Assembly: GCA_017431165.1 (NCBI GenBank) | Contig: JAFRLO010000043.1 | Span: forward strand, 2,797 to 66,796 | Reading direction: 5' to 3' | Length of the DNA: 64,000 nucleotides | Source of the DNA: Eggerthellaceae bacterium | GTDB lineage: Bacteria > Actinomycetota > Coriobacteriia > Coriobacteriales > Eggerthellaceae | In this document: positions 54,897 through 64,000 of the stretch, one piece after another | Layout of the letters: the number at the start of each line of letters is the position of its first letter | How positions within the stretch are numbered: position 1 is the stretch's first letter | The notes under the pieces: generated by a model | The model's database searches: none | What the model saw: the letters and a program-made list of their open reading frames with translations, nothing else | What the model was told of the DNA's origin: nothing | Made by a program: the position numbers and the translations under genes

Positions 54897-57305
54897 TCAA
54901 CCCGTCTCCTTCTTAGTTCTTTGCGGAGCCGTACGTGACGCATCGAATACGCCATCTATCTCTTGCACGCGTTGCAACAAGTTACGCGCCTGCTCGACAT
55001 CGGATAGCTCGTATGTGAAATGCATCTCCGCGATGCCGTCCTTATGAACGTTCGTTGAGCATGAAACGATGTTCGCACCGATTTCGGAAATCGCTATCGT
55101 CACATCGCGCAAAAGATTCGAGCGATGTATGGCCTGCACGTGCAGGTCGAACGTATAGGTCATAGTGCCCTTCATCGAATCGGCCCAGGATACTTCGATG
55201 ATGCGCTCGGGAGTGCGGCGCAAATCCTTGGCATTCGGGCAGTCGGCACGATGCACCGACACGCCGCGGCCGCGCGTCACGAAACCGATGATCTCATCGC
55301 CGGGTACGGGGTTGCAGCAATGCGATAGACGCACCAGCACATCATCGATGCCCTTCACCACAACGCCGTTCGAGCTATGGGTTTCGTGTTTCTTCGGACG
55401 CTTCACGCTGGTGAGCATCGGAGCAGGCTTACCTGTCGAGCTGGTCGAACTTCCAAGGCCAGGCGTGGCCGCATCCTCGGTGCCGCGGTCAACGAGTAAT
55501 TTGAGCAACCGGTTTGCGACGTGCTGTGCGCTTTCCTTGCCAAGACCGATCTTCACGTACATCTCATCGGCATCTTTATAGCCCATATGCTCGGAGACCG
55601 TTTTGATGGCACGCATCGATTGTGCGCTCGAGATGCCGAAGCCATTCTTGCGCATCTCACGCAACAGCTGCGCACGACCCAACTGCAAATCGTCACTGCG
55701 CGACATCTTGGAGAAGTATGCTCGTATCTTGCTACGTGCGGACGGCGTCTGCACGATGGAAAGCCAGTCGCGTGAAGGCGTCGCGCTCTTCTGCGTGAGG
55801 ATTTCGACGCGGTCACCGACCTTGAGCGTATACGTCAATGGAACAATCGACCCATTCACCTTCGCGCCAACGCAATGATTGCCGACTTCCGTATGGATCG
55901 CATATGCGAAATCGACAGGCGTCGACCCCGCGCGCAAACCGATGACCTCGCCCTTTGGTGTGAAAACGTACACCTCCGATGGTGCAAGATCGAATTTGAG
56001 CTCTTTGAGGAACTCGCGCGAATCGCTTGTCTCGTCCTGCCAGTCGATCATCTGCCTGAGCCATGCGAGCTGCCGCTCGAGATGCTCATCGGCAGTGCTT
56101 CCGTTCTCCTTGTAACGCCAATGAGCGGCAACACCATATTCGCTCGTACGATGCATCTCTTCGGTACGGATCTGAACTTCGAGCGGACGTGCCGCAGGAC
56201 CGATGACCGTCGTATGCAAGCTTTGGTACATATTGAGCTTCGGCATTGCGATGTAGTCTTTGAAACGACCGGGAATGGGGTGCCACAGCGAATGCACGGC
56301 GCCAAGTGCCGAATAGCATTCGGGCATCGTCTTCACGATGATCCTCACTGCAATCAAATCGTAGATTTCCGAAAAGCCCTTCCCCTTGCGAGTCATCTTC
56401 TGATAAATCGAATAGAGGTGCTTAGGACGACCCATGATATGGCAATCGATAGTCGCACGGTCCATCTCATTGCGCAGCGCTTCGATGACCTGGTTCAGGT
56501 ATGCCTCGCGCTCTGCACGGCTCTCCATAACCATACGCGAGACTTGCTTGTATTTGTTGGGCTCGAGATAGAAGAACGCAAGGTCCTCGAGCTCCCATTT
56601 GATGGAATCAATGCCCAAGCGATGCGCGATAGGCGCATAGACTTCGAGCGTTTCGCGCGATTTGTAGATTCGACGATCTTCCGAGAGGGCGCGAAGCGTG
56701 CGCATGTTGTGCAGACGGTCCGCGAGCTTGATGACAATAACGCGGATATCCTGATTCATTGCAACGAGCATCTTGCGGATCGTTTGGGCCTGCTCCTCGG
56801 TCAGGCTGCCGACCTCGATGCGCGAGATCTTTGTGACGCCTTCAACCAACGCAGCAATCTGCTCGCCGAATTCCTTCGTAACCGATTCCGCCGTTTCACT
56901 GGTATCTTCCACCGTATCGTGCAATAAGGCCGCGCACAGTGTTTCGACATCCATACGCAAATCAGCAAGAATAATGGCAACTTCAACAGGATGAGCGATG
57001 AATGGCTCGCCGCTTTTACGGCACTGCCCTTCGTGCGCCTTTTCTGCAAACCGGTAGGCTTTTTCAAGCAAGGCCAAATCGTCTTCGGATGCATAGCCTG
57101 CAACCATGTCCTCGAGCACATCGAAACGCTCTTCTGGGGTTGCGAGCACGCCCGACTCGGTTGCACGATTCGCATGGATCGAAATGGCCTTTTGCGCAAC
57201 GCGCCGACGACCAAGAAGGGCATCGCCTTGGTCGTCTTGCTTGGCTTCGTCGTTCGACAATGCGCTATCTGCCTGATTCTTCAGTTTCTCATCGTTATTT
57301 GGCAC
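54897..57305 (-). CDS. relA: bifunctional (p)ppGpp synthetase/hydrolase (RelA/SpoT homologue)
   Basis: HD domain HPVEVA...LLHDTVEDT, synthetase RFKDYIAMPK...YQSLHTTV, TGS and ACT regions. GTG 57305 follows GGAAGGAGGAG (TTG 57308 is also possible). Overlaps the recJ stop. Confidence 0.92.
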   Translation of the reverse strand: MPNNDEKLKNQADSALSNDEAKQDDQGDALLGRRRVAQKAISIHANRATESGVLATPEERFDVLEDMVAGYASEDDLALLEKAYRFAEKAHEGQCRKSGEPFIAHPVEVAIILADLRMDVETLCAALLHDTVEDTSETAESVTKEFGEQIAALVEGVTKISRIEVGSLTEEQAQTIRKMLVAMNQDIRVIVIKLADRLHNMRTLRALSEDRRIYKSRETLEVYAPIAHRLGIDSIKWELEDLAFFYLEPNKYKQVSRMVMESRAEREAYLNQVIEALRNEMDRATIDCHIMGRPKHLYSIYQKMTRKGKGFSEIYDLIAVRIIVKTMPECYSALGAVHSLWHPIPGRFKDYIAMPKLNMYQSLHTTVIGPAARPLEVQIRTEEMHRTSEYGVAAHWRYKENGSTADEHLERQLAWLRQMIDWQDETSDSREFLKELKFDLAPSEVYVFTPKGEVIGLRAGSTPVDFAYAIHTEVGNHCVGAKVNGSIVPLTYTLKVGDRVEILTQKSATPSRDWLSIVQTPSARSKIRAYFSKMSRSDDLQLGRAQLLREMRKNGFGISSAQSMRAIKTVSEHMGYKDADEMYVKIGLGKESAQHVANRLLKLLVDRGTEDAATPGLGSSTSSTGKPAPMLTSVKRPKKHETHSSNGVVVKGIDDVLVRLSHCCNPVPGDEIIGFVTRGRGVSVHRADCPNAKDLRRTPERIIEVSWADSMKGTMTYTFDLHVQAIHRSNLLRDVTIAISEIGANIVSCSTNVHKDGIAEMHFTYELSDVEQARNLLQRVQEIDGVFDASRTAPQRTKKETG

Positions 57306-60300
57306 CAAGGTCTCCTCCTTCCGACTGCGATCGATCGAACGGTGCAATAGTGTATGAAACGCGTTGGCGCAAACTGTCGTCATCGCATTCGAAAACCCAC
57401 TCCCTGAACGCTTGGAAAACTTCCTGCTCGCCCAAGCCCTCTTGGTAGCGGATGCTATCGGTCAGTTCAACGCGATCGGCATCTTCTTTGACGCTGATAG
57501 AACACGCCTTGCGACCTGCGATAAAACACGTATGCGCCTCGATAAGCCCAAGTTCGCTGAAAACAGCGATACCGCATATTGTAGAGGCAACGCTTATCCG
57601 ATGCGCGCTTTTCTCGGACATGCGCATCATATCGTCGACGCCAACGGTAAATGCATGACCACGGTGCTCTCGCTGCATGCTTCGAAGCCATCTATAGACT
57701 TCTGCAAGCACATCATGATCCGGAGTCATATCGCGCAGAATCCGCTCATTGACGAGAGCGTCGTTTACTCCGAAAAGCAGATGGACAGTCGCAGCCTGCC
57801 CATCGCGACCAGCACGACTGCTCATCTGGGCGAATTGGATTTCATTGAATGGCAGATGATAGAGCACCACGTGCCTGATGTTAGGAATGTTAACCCCCTC
57901 ATCAAACGCAGAAGTGGCGACAAGGGTCAGAAGCGCATTCGAGCGGAATAGCTCTTCAATGCGCCTTCGCTCCTTTAGTGTGAGCCCCGCGTTGTAGAAG
58001 CCTATGAGCATGGATAGCTGCGGAACTCGCTTGCGCAAAATCCGTGCTACAGCAATCGACTGCTCCCGTGAGTTCACATAGATGAGCGTTTTTTCACCAC
58101 GGGCAACCAGATTGGCAAGATAATCATCGCGATTCTTCAAATTACGCTGATCGTCGATGTGCAAGTTCTCGCGCGGTGATTCATCGACCACCAGATCATC
58201 TATCGGTAAAAGCGCAAGCAGGTCATCGGCAATATCATCATTTACCGTGGCAATCAAAGCAAGTACTGTCGGATGACCTAGGGAATCGATTCCCTGACGT
58301 AATCTCGAATACGCCCTACGATGCTCGGCTCGCGGCCCACCGATACGATGAGCTCCATCAATGACGACGAAATCGATACGTTGCGAGGAAGCGAAGCGCG
58401 CTGCGTGGCACAGGAAGAACTCTGGCGTGGTCGAGATGATGTCAATCTTGCCCTCATCTAGGTCTTTGAAGATGCGTTGACGCTCATCGGCGTTCGTTTC
58501 ACCAGTGAGCGCTGCTGAAGCGATACCGAATTGCGTCAGCATCGCATTGAAACGAAACGCCTGATCGGCGGCAAGAGCACGCAACGGATAGATGATAAGG
58601 GATGCCTTGCCGTTCTTCAGAGCTTCAAGAGAGGCATGCACTTGATAGATGAGGGATTTGCCACAGCCCGTTGCCATAACGGAAAGCACTGAGCGGCCAT
58701 GGCGCAAATTGCTGAGAACCGCACGCTGCGAATCATGCAAGGAGCAATTGCCGAGAAGCGCACGGACAATCGCTTGCTCAAGCTGCTCGGGGCTTCCCGA
58801 TGCACGCTCCTCCCATGTGCGACGATTCTGCACAAGCTCATCGCGATGCGCCTGGCTGTCGACTTGCACGGTCGTCTCGTCTGCGCACGCATCGTCTTCA
58901 CATGCGGCATAGAGGTCAGCAACGAACGTCTTATCTTGCTCGCGCAAACATGCCTCAAGCGCTTGGCATGCGCGCGCGGGAACGAATGACTTTATCATCG
59001 CCTTTACGGATTGACGACCGCGCCATTCATCGATTTGAGCTTGGAACGCAACGTTAACGACGCTGTCATTGGCAAGCAGCTCCGCTATATCAGGGCAATG
59101 GAACATAATGCCTGCAACTGATGCTCGTCCGTCAGAAAGCATGCATGAGAGGTGGTTCTTATCTGCTCCCACGGCTCGCACGTTTGCCAACGTAACGTCG
59201 CGCGCCAAGAAGCAAGGTATCGGATTCTGCTGACCGAATGGAGCGAGCCTGTCGAGTTGACGAACGTTCTCAAGCGTCAATTCGGACAAGTCAACGCAGG
59301 TGTCAATCTGCACAAGCGGATGGAAAGCTTCTGCGGGCAACGAATCCATATAAGCGCAAATACGCTCGGTGAATTCAGGGAGCTTGGAAACAGGCAGCGT
59401 CACACCGACTGCCGCCTCATGCCCGCCGAAACGTGTAAGCAAATCGGAAACGCTCTCTACCGCTTTGAACAAGTTGACTTGGCCGACGCTACGACCGGAA
59501 CCGCGTGCTTGATCGCCTTCGATGGAGAACAGCAAAGCGGGAACACCGTATTTACCCACAAGGCGAGAGGCTACGATGCCTTTGACGCCTTCGTGCCAGC
59601 CTTCACCTGCGACAACGAGCGCGCGTTGCCCCACGTAAATCTGGTCTGCCTGGGCTTGCGCGATTTCTGAAAGCTCCAGCTCTATTCTGCGGCGCTTATC
59701 GTTCATTCCCTCAAGCTGCGCTGCGAGTTCGTTCGCGCTGTCGAAATCATCGGCGAGCAGCAAATCGAGCGCCAATTGAGCATCGCCCATGCGGCCAGCC
59801 GCATTGAGCCTTGGAATGAGCGAGAAACTCAGATTGTTCGCGGAGACGGGTTTGCCAGATGCGCCAGCAACACCAAGCAGCGCGGCTAAGCAAGGCCGCG
59901 GGCGTGCGTTGATGCGGGCAACACCATCAGCAACTAACGCACGATTCTCCCCGAGCATCGGCATTAAATCGGCGATGGTGCCCAGAGCAGCGAAGTCTGT
60001 CAGATCGCGCCATGCCTGAGGCTTGCCGAACCGCATGCCCAAAGCCTGCACGAGTTTGAGCGCAACGCCGACGCCGGCGAGGATGGCGCTTTCGCACGAG
60101 GCGTCGAGCTTGGGGTCGGCTACAGGAATGTCCTCGGGTACAAGAGAACCTGGCTCGTGATGGTCGGTGACGAGAAGCTCGATTCCCTCTTGCGCAATCG
60201 CCTCTGCAGCAACCTTGCTGGAGATACCGCAGTCTACGGTAACGATGAGTTCAGGTGCGCACTCGGCGCTCATCAAGCGCTCGAATGCCTCTTTGGTTAT

Positions 60301-60666
60301 GCCGTAACCCTCCTCGAAACGGCGCGGGATAAATGGGATGACCGCTGCTCCGAACAGGCGCAAACCACGTGTAAGGACGGTTGTTGCCGAAATACCGTCG
60401 AGATCGAAGTCTCCGAACACTGCGATGCGCTTGCCCGTCTTGATAGCAGCTTCAAGCGCATCGGCAACATCTTTCAGACCGGGAATGGTATAAGGGTCGA
60501 GCCAATCCCTCTCAAGGGAAGGCGAGAGAAAACGCTGTACGTCTTCAGGTGTTTCGATGCCACGTGCAGCCAAAGTCGCTGCCATGAAGTGAGGCAGACC
60601 CAAGTCGCGCATCAATGTTTGCACGGCAACGTTATCTGCAACTCGTACGTTGAATTGCGTAGACAT
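57295..60666 (-). CDS. recJ: RecJ single-stranded-DNA exonuclease fused to a RecQ-like superfamily-2 helicase
   Basis: N-terminal half: FGDFDLDGIS, VTDHHEP, GGHEAAVG (DHH/DHHA1). C-terminal half: MATGCGKS, IIYPLRALAADQ, VVIDGAH, ATSAFDEGVNIPNIR, QMSSRAGRDGQ. Confidence 0.88.
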   Translation of the reverse strand: MSTQFNVRVADNVAVQTLMRDLGLPHFMAATLAARGIETPEDVQRFLSPSLERDWLDPYTIPGLKDVADALEAAIKTGKRIAVFGDFDLDGISATTVLTRGLRLFGAAVIPFIPRRFEEGYGITKEAFERLMSAECAPELIVTVDCGISSKVAAEAIAQEGIELLVTDHHEPGSLVPEDIPVADPKLDASCESAILAGVGVALKLVQALGMRFGKPQAWRDLTDFAALGTIADLMPMLGENRALVADGVARINARPRPCLAALLGVAGASGKPVSANNLSFSLIPRLNAAGRMGDAQLALDLLLADDFDSANELAAQLEGMNDKRRRIELELSEIAQAQADQIYVGQRALVVAGEGWHEGVKGIVASRLVGKYGVPALLFSIEGDQARGSGRSVGQVNLFKAVESVSDLLTRFGGHEAAVGVTLPVSKLPEFTERICAYMDSLPAEAFHPLVQIDTCVDLSELTLENVRQLDRLAPFGQQNPIPCFLARDVTLANVRAVGADKNHLSCMLSDGRASVAGIMFHCPDIAELLANDSVVNVAFQAQIDEWRGRQSVKAMIKSFVPARACQALEACLREQDKTFVADLYAACEDDACADETTVQVDSQAHRDELVQNRRTWEERASGSPEQLEQAIVRALLGNCSLHDSQRAVLSNLRHGRSVLSVMATGCGKSLIYQVHASLEALKNGKASLIIYPLRALAADQAFRFNAMLTQFGIASAALTGETNADERQRIFKDLDEGKIDIISTTPEFFLCHAARFASSQRIDFVVIDGAHRIGGPRAEHRRAYSRLRQGIDSLGHPTVLALIATVNDDIADDLLALLPIDDLVVDESPRENLHIDDQRNLKNRDDYLANLVARGEKTLIYVNSREQSIAVARILRKRVPQLSMLIGFYNAGLTLKERRRIEELFRSNALLTLVATSAFDEGVNIPNIRHVVLYHLPFNEIQFAQMSSRAGRDGQAATVHLLFGVNDALVNERILRDMTPDHDVLAEVYRWLRSMQREHRGHAFTVGVDDMMRMSEKSAHRISVASTICGIAVFSELGLIEAHTCFIAGRKACSISVKEDADRVELTDSIRYQEGLGEQEVFQAFREWVFECDDDSLRQRVSYTIAPFDRSQSEGGDLGAK

Positions 60667-60742
60667 GATGTGATATTCCTAGTAGGCTCATTCGTATCTT
60701 TCGCCTGCTATTTTGCCACAAATGGCTGCTGATGTCACATTT

Positions 60743-61231
60743 TTACATGCATGTGATGTCCGCGAAGCGGATCGGCACGATACGCCCCAAATCTTCAACG
60801 CTCATTTGCACCTGATAGCCTATCCGTCCTGCGCTAAAACAAATGGCATCATATAGGGTCGCCGTCTCATCAACGACTGTAACGAATTGCTTTTTCATTC
60901 CGATCGGAGAGCATCCCCCATGAACGTAACCTGTCAAAGGAAGCAGCTCTTTGCTCTTAATCATGTGGATCGACTTCTCTCCCACTGATTCTGCTGCTTT
61001 CTTCAAATCGAGCTCGCAGCTGACGGGTATCGTGAACACGTAATGCTCCCCGGTATGTCCGACGGTAACGAGGGTTTTGAACACCTGATCGGGATCTTGC
61101 CCGAGTACTTCGGCAACCGCAAGCCCGCTCACAACACCAGAATCAACGTAACTATACGAACGATACGGCACACCTGCCTGATCGAGGATGCGCATTACTT
61201 GGGTTTTTTCGAGTTGCTTCTTCATCAGCAT
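60743..61231 (-). CDS. ybaK: Cys-tRNA(Pro)/Cys-tRNA(Cys) deacylase
   Basis: YbaK/EbsC-type sequence ...VFKTLV...GYVHGGCSPIG.... The start is ATG 61231 or ATG 61225 (TGATG overlap with the upstream stop). Confidence 0.85.
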   Translation of the reverse strand: MLMKKQLEKTQVMRILDQAGVPYRSYSYVDSGVVSGLAVAEVLGQDPDQVFKTLVTVGHTGEHYVFTIPVSCELDLKKAAESVGEKSIHMIKSKELLPLTGYVHGGCSPIGMKKQFVTVVDETATLYDAICFSAGRIGYQVQMSVEDLGRIVPIRFADITCM

Positions 61232-62598
61232 CCGCTACGAGCACTGCGCCTGAATTGGCGGCGGCGTAGATAGCTTCCTGGTTCCACCCAACTCGTTGTT
61301 CGGAATCGGTACAATCCCGTTTCATTTGCACGATTCGCAATCGCCACCGCTTGGGCAACAGGCGGCATCGACTCGTCAACCGATTCTCCAAGCCATGCAA
61401 GGTCTTTGACCGTCACACTGAATAATTGAGCCTTCGGAGCAAGCACTTCAAGCTCATCGCCTTCGCTGAATCGATTGCGACAACGTACCGTCAATTCATA
61501 TGCTTGGTCGCCAATTATTCTGGCGTCGAGCACGTCTGCCACATGCAGGCATGTCTGCTCGTACCCGTCGTACGTCGGCGCCTGCGGAGCCATACCGAAA
61601 TAGAAACCTGTGCCGTAGGGACGATGGGAAACCGTTAAAAGCTCATCGGCGAATGCGCTCGGATCTGCGCCGTCCAAAACATGGCGGTACGCGTTTACCA
61701 CCGTTGCGACGTAGAACGCCTTTTTGTTGCGGCCCTCGATCTTAAGCGAATCCACGCCGATATCGGCAAGCTCGCGGACATGAGCAAGCATGTTCAAATC
61801 CTTGGCATTCATGATGAAGCTGCCATATGTGTCTTGCTCGAGTTCAAAAAATTCGCCTGGCCTTTTCTCCTCTTCCAAAAGCAGCGAAGGAAGCGCTTCG
61901 GGCAGATCGCATGCTCCAGAAACAGAAGATCCATCCGCCGCGACCGCTGTAGACATTGCCTTGTAATTCCATCGGCATGGCTGTGTGCAGTGCCCGCGAT
62001 TTCCCGAACGCCCGGTCAAATATGAGCTGATAAGGCATCTGCCGGAAATCGCCATGCACATGGCACCATGCACGAACGCTTCGAGTTCCAGATCACTAGG
62101 CAACTTGTGACGCAACTCTGCTATTTGATCAAGCGAGAGCTCGCGCGCAAGAACGATACGCGAAGCACCTAAATCCTGCCAAACACGTGCAGCCTCAGCA
62201 TTGGCAACGCTCGCTTGCGTGCTGACATGAAGAGCAATGTGCGGCGCATGCTTGCGTGCTAGCGCAGCAGCTCCCAAATCACCGATGATGAGCGCATCGA
62301 CGCCCATCTCATCAAGTGCCTCAAAGTATTCGGGCAATTGCACGATATCAGAATCGTACATCAGGATATTGCAGGTCACATGGACAGAAACGCCTGCTTC
62401 ATGTGCGAATCGCACGGCTTCGCTAAGCTCGTCCATCGTGAAGTTGATTGCGCGTTGGCGCATGCCGAACCGATCGGTTGCAAGATATACGGCATCTGCG
62501 CCGAAGCGGACCGCAGCTTTCAACTGCTCCATGCCGCCGGCAGGAGCAAGAAGCTCGGGAATCTTTACATGGTCGGCTGCCACCGCGCTACACCACAC
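61225..62598 (-). CDS. peptidase U32 family protein
   Basis: PELLAPAGGMEQLKAAVRFGADAVYL..., ...EAFVHGAMCMAISGRCL.... The start is uncertain (GTG 62598 or GTG 62583). Confidence 0.85.
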   Translation of the reverse strand: MWCSAVAADHVKIPELLAPAGGMEQLKAAVRFGADAVYLATDRFGMRQRAINFTMDELSEAVRFAHEAGVSVHVTCNILMYDSDIVQLPEYFEALDEMGVDALIIGDLGAAALARKHAPHIALHVSTQASVANAEAARVWQDLGASRIVLARELSLDQIAELRHKLPSDLELEAFVHGAMCMAISGRCLISSYLTGRSGNRGHCTQPCRWNYKAMSTAVAADGSSVSGACDLPEALPSLLLEEEKRPGEFFELEQDTYGSFIMNAKDLNMLAHVRELADIGVDSLKIEGRNKKAFYVATVVNAYRHVLDGADPSAFADELLTVSHRPYGTGFYFGMAPQAPTYDGYEQTCLHVADVLDARIIGDQAYELTVRCRNRFSEGDELEVLAPKAQLFSVTVKDLAWLGESVDESMPPVAQAVAIANRANETGLYRFRTTSWVEPGSYLRRRQFRRSARSGC

Positions 62599-64000
62599 GA
62601 GGACCTTGCGCAGTATCCTCGATCTTCAAACCGAGCGCCGCAAGGCCATCGCGGATGCCGTCAGCAGTACCCCAGTCCTTCGCAGCACGGGCAGCAGTAC
62701 GAGCCTCGAGCAGCGCGTTCACGGCATCAGACGTGCTCGAACCTTCGAATCCTGCGAACTGAGCAGCAAGTTCAAGCACTTCGGCGGGATACGCATCTGC
62801 ATCGTCTTCAGCGGCCGTTACGTCAATGCCGAGTGTGTTCATAAGCTCGACAAGGGTTCCGCGCACTGCTTCGAGCGCGGCTTTATCTGCCATCGTGGCG
62901 CTCTTGTCACCGATTTCGGCATTTACGGCATTGACCAAAGTGAAAATCGCTCCGATTGCCTCGGGTGCGTTGAAATCATCATCCATCGCCTCGATGAAGG
63001 CCTCGCGGGCAACGCGGGCTGCGTCAACGAGTTTCTCATCATCGAGCACGGCATCACCTGCACCCGCATTCGCAAGCTGCCAGTCGATATTGCGCACTGC
63101 ATTTTCGATACGCGTCAACGCTGCATCGGCCTCTGCAAGGCGCGCATCGCCGAACACGAGAGGACTGCGATAGTGCGTTTGCAGCGTGAGCATGCGAAGC
63201 GCCTCAGGACGCACAATCTCAAGCGCTTCATGCAAAAGCAGGAAATTGTTGAGCGATTTGCTCATCTTCTCGGCTTCGCCTGTCTGGGCATTCGCGATCT
63301 GAAGCATACCAGAATGGATCCAATGGTTCGCGAACGTGCACCCATATGCAGCCTCGGATTGGGCGCGCTCGTTCTCATGATGCGGGAACACCAAATCAGA
63401 GCCGCCACCATGGATATCAAACGGCAGGCCTAGATACTTATGGGACATCGCAGAGCATTCGATATGCCAGCCTGGGCGGCCTTTTCCCCAAGGAGAATCC
63501 CAGCTCGGTTCGCCTGGCTTTGCGGCCTTCCATAACGCGAAATCGAATTCGTCCTGCTTGCGCTCGTCAAGACCTTGACCGTCAGCACGCAATTCGCGAT
63601 GTCCGCTTTCCATCTCATCGATATTGCGTCCACTCAGCGCACCGTAGTCATCGTAGGATCGGACAGCGAAGTACACGTCGCCCTCTGCCACATATGCATG
63701 ACCGCGATCAATGAGCGTCGAAACGAGCTCTATCATCGTATCGATTTCCTCGGTGGCCTTCGGACGGATGTCGGGATCGAGCACACCCGCTGCATGCATA
63801 TCCTCGATGAATGCCTCAGTGTATTCTTCGGCAACTTCAGCAGCACTGCGCCCCTCAGTGTTCGCACGGTTGATGATCTTGTCATCGACATCGGTCACGT
63901 TCTGAACAAAGGTGACATCGTAACCGCGCCAAATCAAATAACGTCGAATCGTATCGAACGCGATGAATGTGCGCGCATTGCCGATATGGATGCGGTTGTA
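62588..64000 (-). CDS. cysS: cysteine--tRNA ligase (N-terminus beyond the window end)
   Basis: My translation of 64000-63938 gives [21 protein letters not shown] (HIGH motif) continuous with the tracked ORF. KMSKS motif [11 protein letters not shown]. Confidence 0.92.
   Translation of the reverse strand, partial: YNRIHIGNARTFIAFDTIRRYLIWRGYDVTFVQNVTDVDDKIINRANTEGRSAAEVAEEYTEAFIEDMHAAGVLDPDIRPKATEEIDTMIELVSTLIDRGHAYVAEGDVYFAVRSYDDYGALSGRNIDEMESGHRELRADGQGLDERKQDEFDFALWKAAKPGEPSWDSPWGKGRPGWHIECSAMSHKYLGLPFDIHGGGSDLVFPHHENERAQSEAAYGCTFANHWIHSGMLQIANAQTGEAEKMSKSLNNFLLLHEALEIVRPEALRMLTLQTHYRSPLVFGDARLAEADAALTRIENAVRNIDWQLANAGAGDAVLDDEKLVDAARVAREAFIEAMDDDFNAPEAIGAIFTLVNAVNAEIGDKSATMADKAALEAVRGTLVELMNTLGIDVTAAEDDADAYPAEVLELAAQFAGFEGSSTSDAVNALLEARTAARAAKDWGTADGIRDGLAALGLKIEDTAQGPRVV

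Noticed and set aside
1-64000. rRNA or tRNA genes, CRISPR arrays, IS elements, integrases, prophage, toxin-antitoxin or known defence-system genes
   Set aside because: None of the intergenic regions is long enough or shows tRNA-like GGTTCGAATCC-type arms or regularly spaced repeats. No translated ORF shows transposase, integrase or recombinase motifs or typical defence-nuclease motifs.

Overview
This 64 kb window reads as a densely packed, mostly housekeeping chromosomal segment. The likely source is an anaerobic, moderately GC-rich Gram-positive bacterium (mid-50s % GC by eye, strong GGAGG-type ribosome-binding sites). The gene content suggests Coriobacteriia/Eggerthellaceae, but that is inference only. 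I found no rRNA, tRNA, CRISPR array, transposase, integrase, prophage or recognisable defence island.

Recognisable content:
- Purine and nucleotide genes: purB, purA, purC, a PurF-like gene, guaB.
- Translation and RNA-modification genes: proS, cysS, ybaK, rsmI, a TrmA/RlmD-family methyltransferase, tlyA, queD.
- Amino-acid genes: cysE, asd, lysC, an aminotransferase.
- Stress and envelope genes: rel, mscL, mscS, reverse rubrerythrin, a gtrA/GT2/membrane-glycosyltransferase module, capA.
- A two-gene cytoplasmic molybdopterin oxidoreductase locus.

All functional calls come from motifs I recognise in the supplied translations. No database search was run. Many ORF-track entries are antisense shadow ORFs or carry spurious N-terminal extensions, which I trimmed to starts with a Shine-Dalgarno (SD) sequence.

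I see no clear multi-gene novel system. The observations most worth a second look are:
1. A single ORF fusing RecJ to a RecQ-like helicase whose DEAH box reads DGAH.
2. An MsbA-type ABC exporter fused to a C-terminal GNAT acetyltransferase.
3. A signal-less Mo-bisPGD enzyme with a 133-aa Tyr/Asp-rich tail and a small 2x[4Fe-4S] partner. Upstream of it lies a 440-nt region with a strong internal terminator and three helically phased TGCGCA palindromes.
4. A family-1 glycosyltransferase reading in frame into a ferredoxin-thioredoxin-reductase-like CPC/CHC module that keeps its own SD and ATG.
5. A PurF homologue lacking the N-terminal catalytic cysteine.
6. A 1520-aa double-activase/dehydratase-like protein of unknown function.
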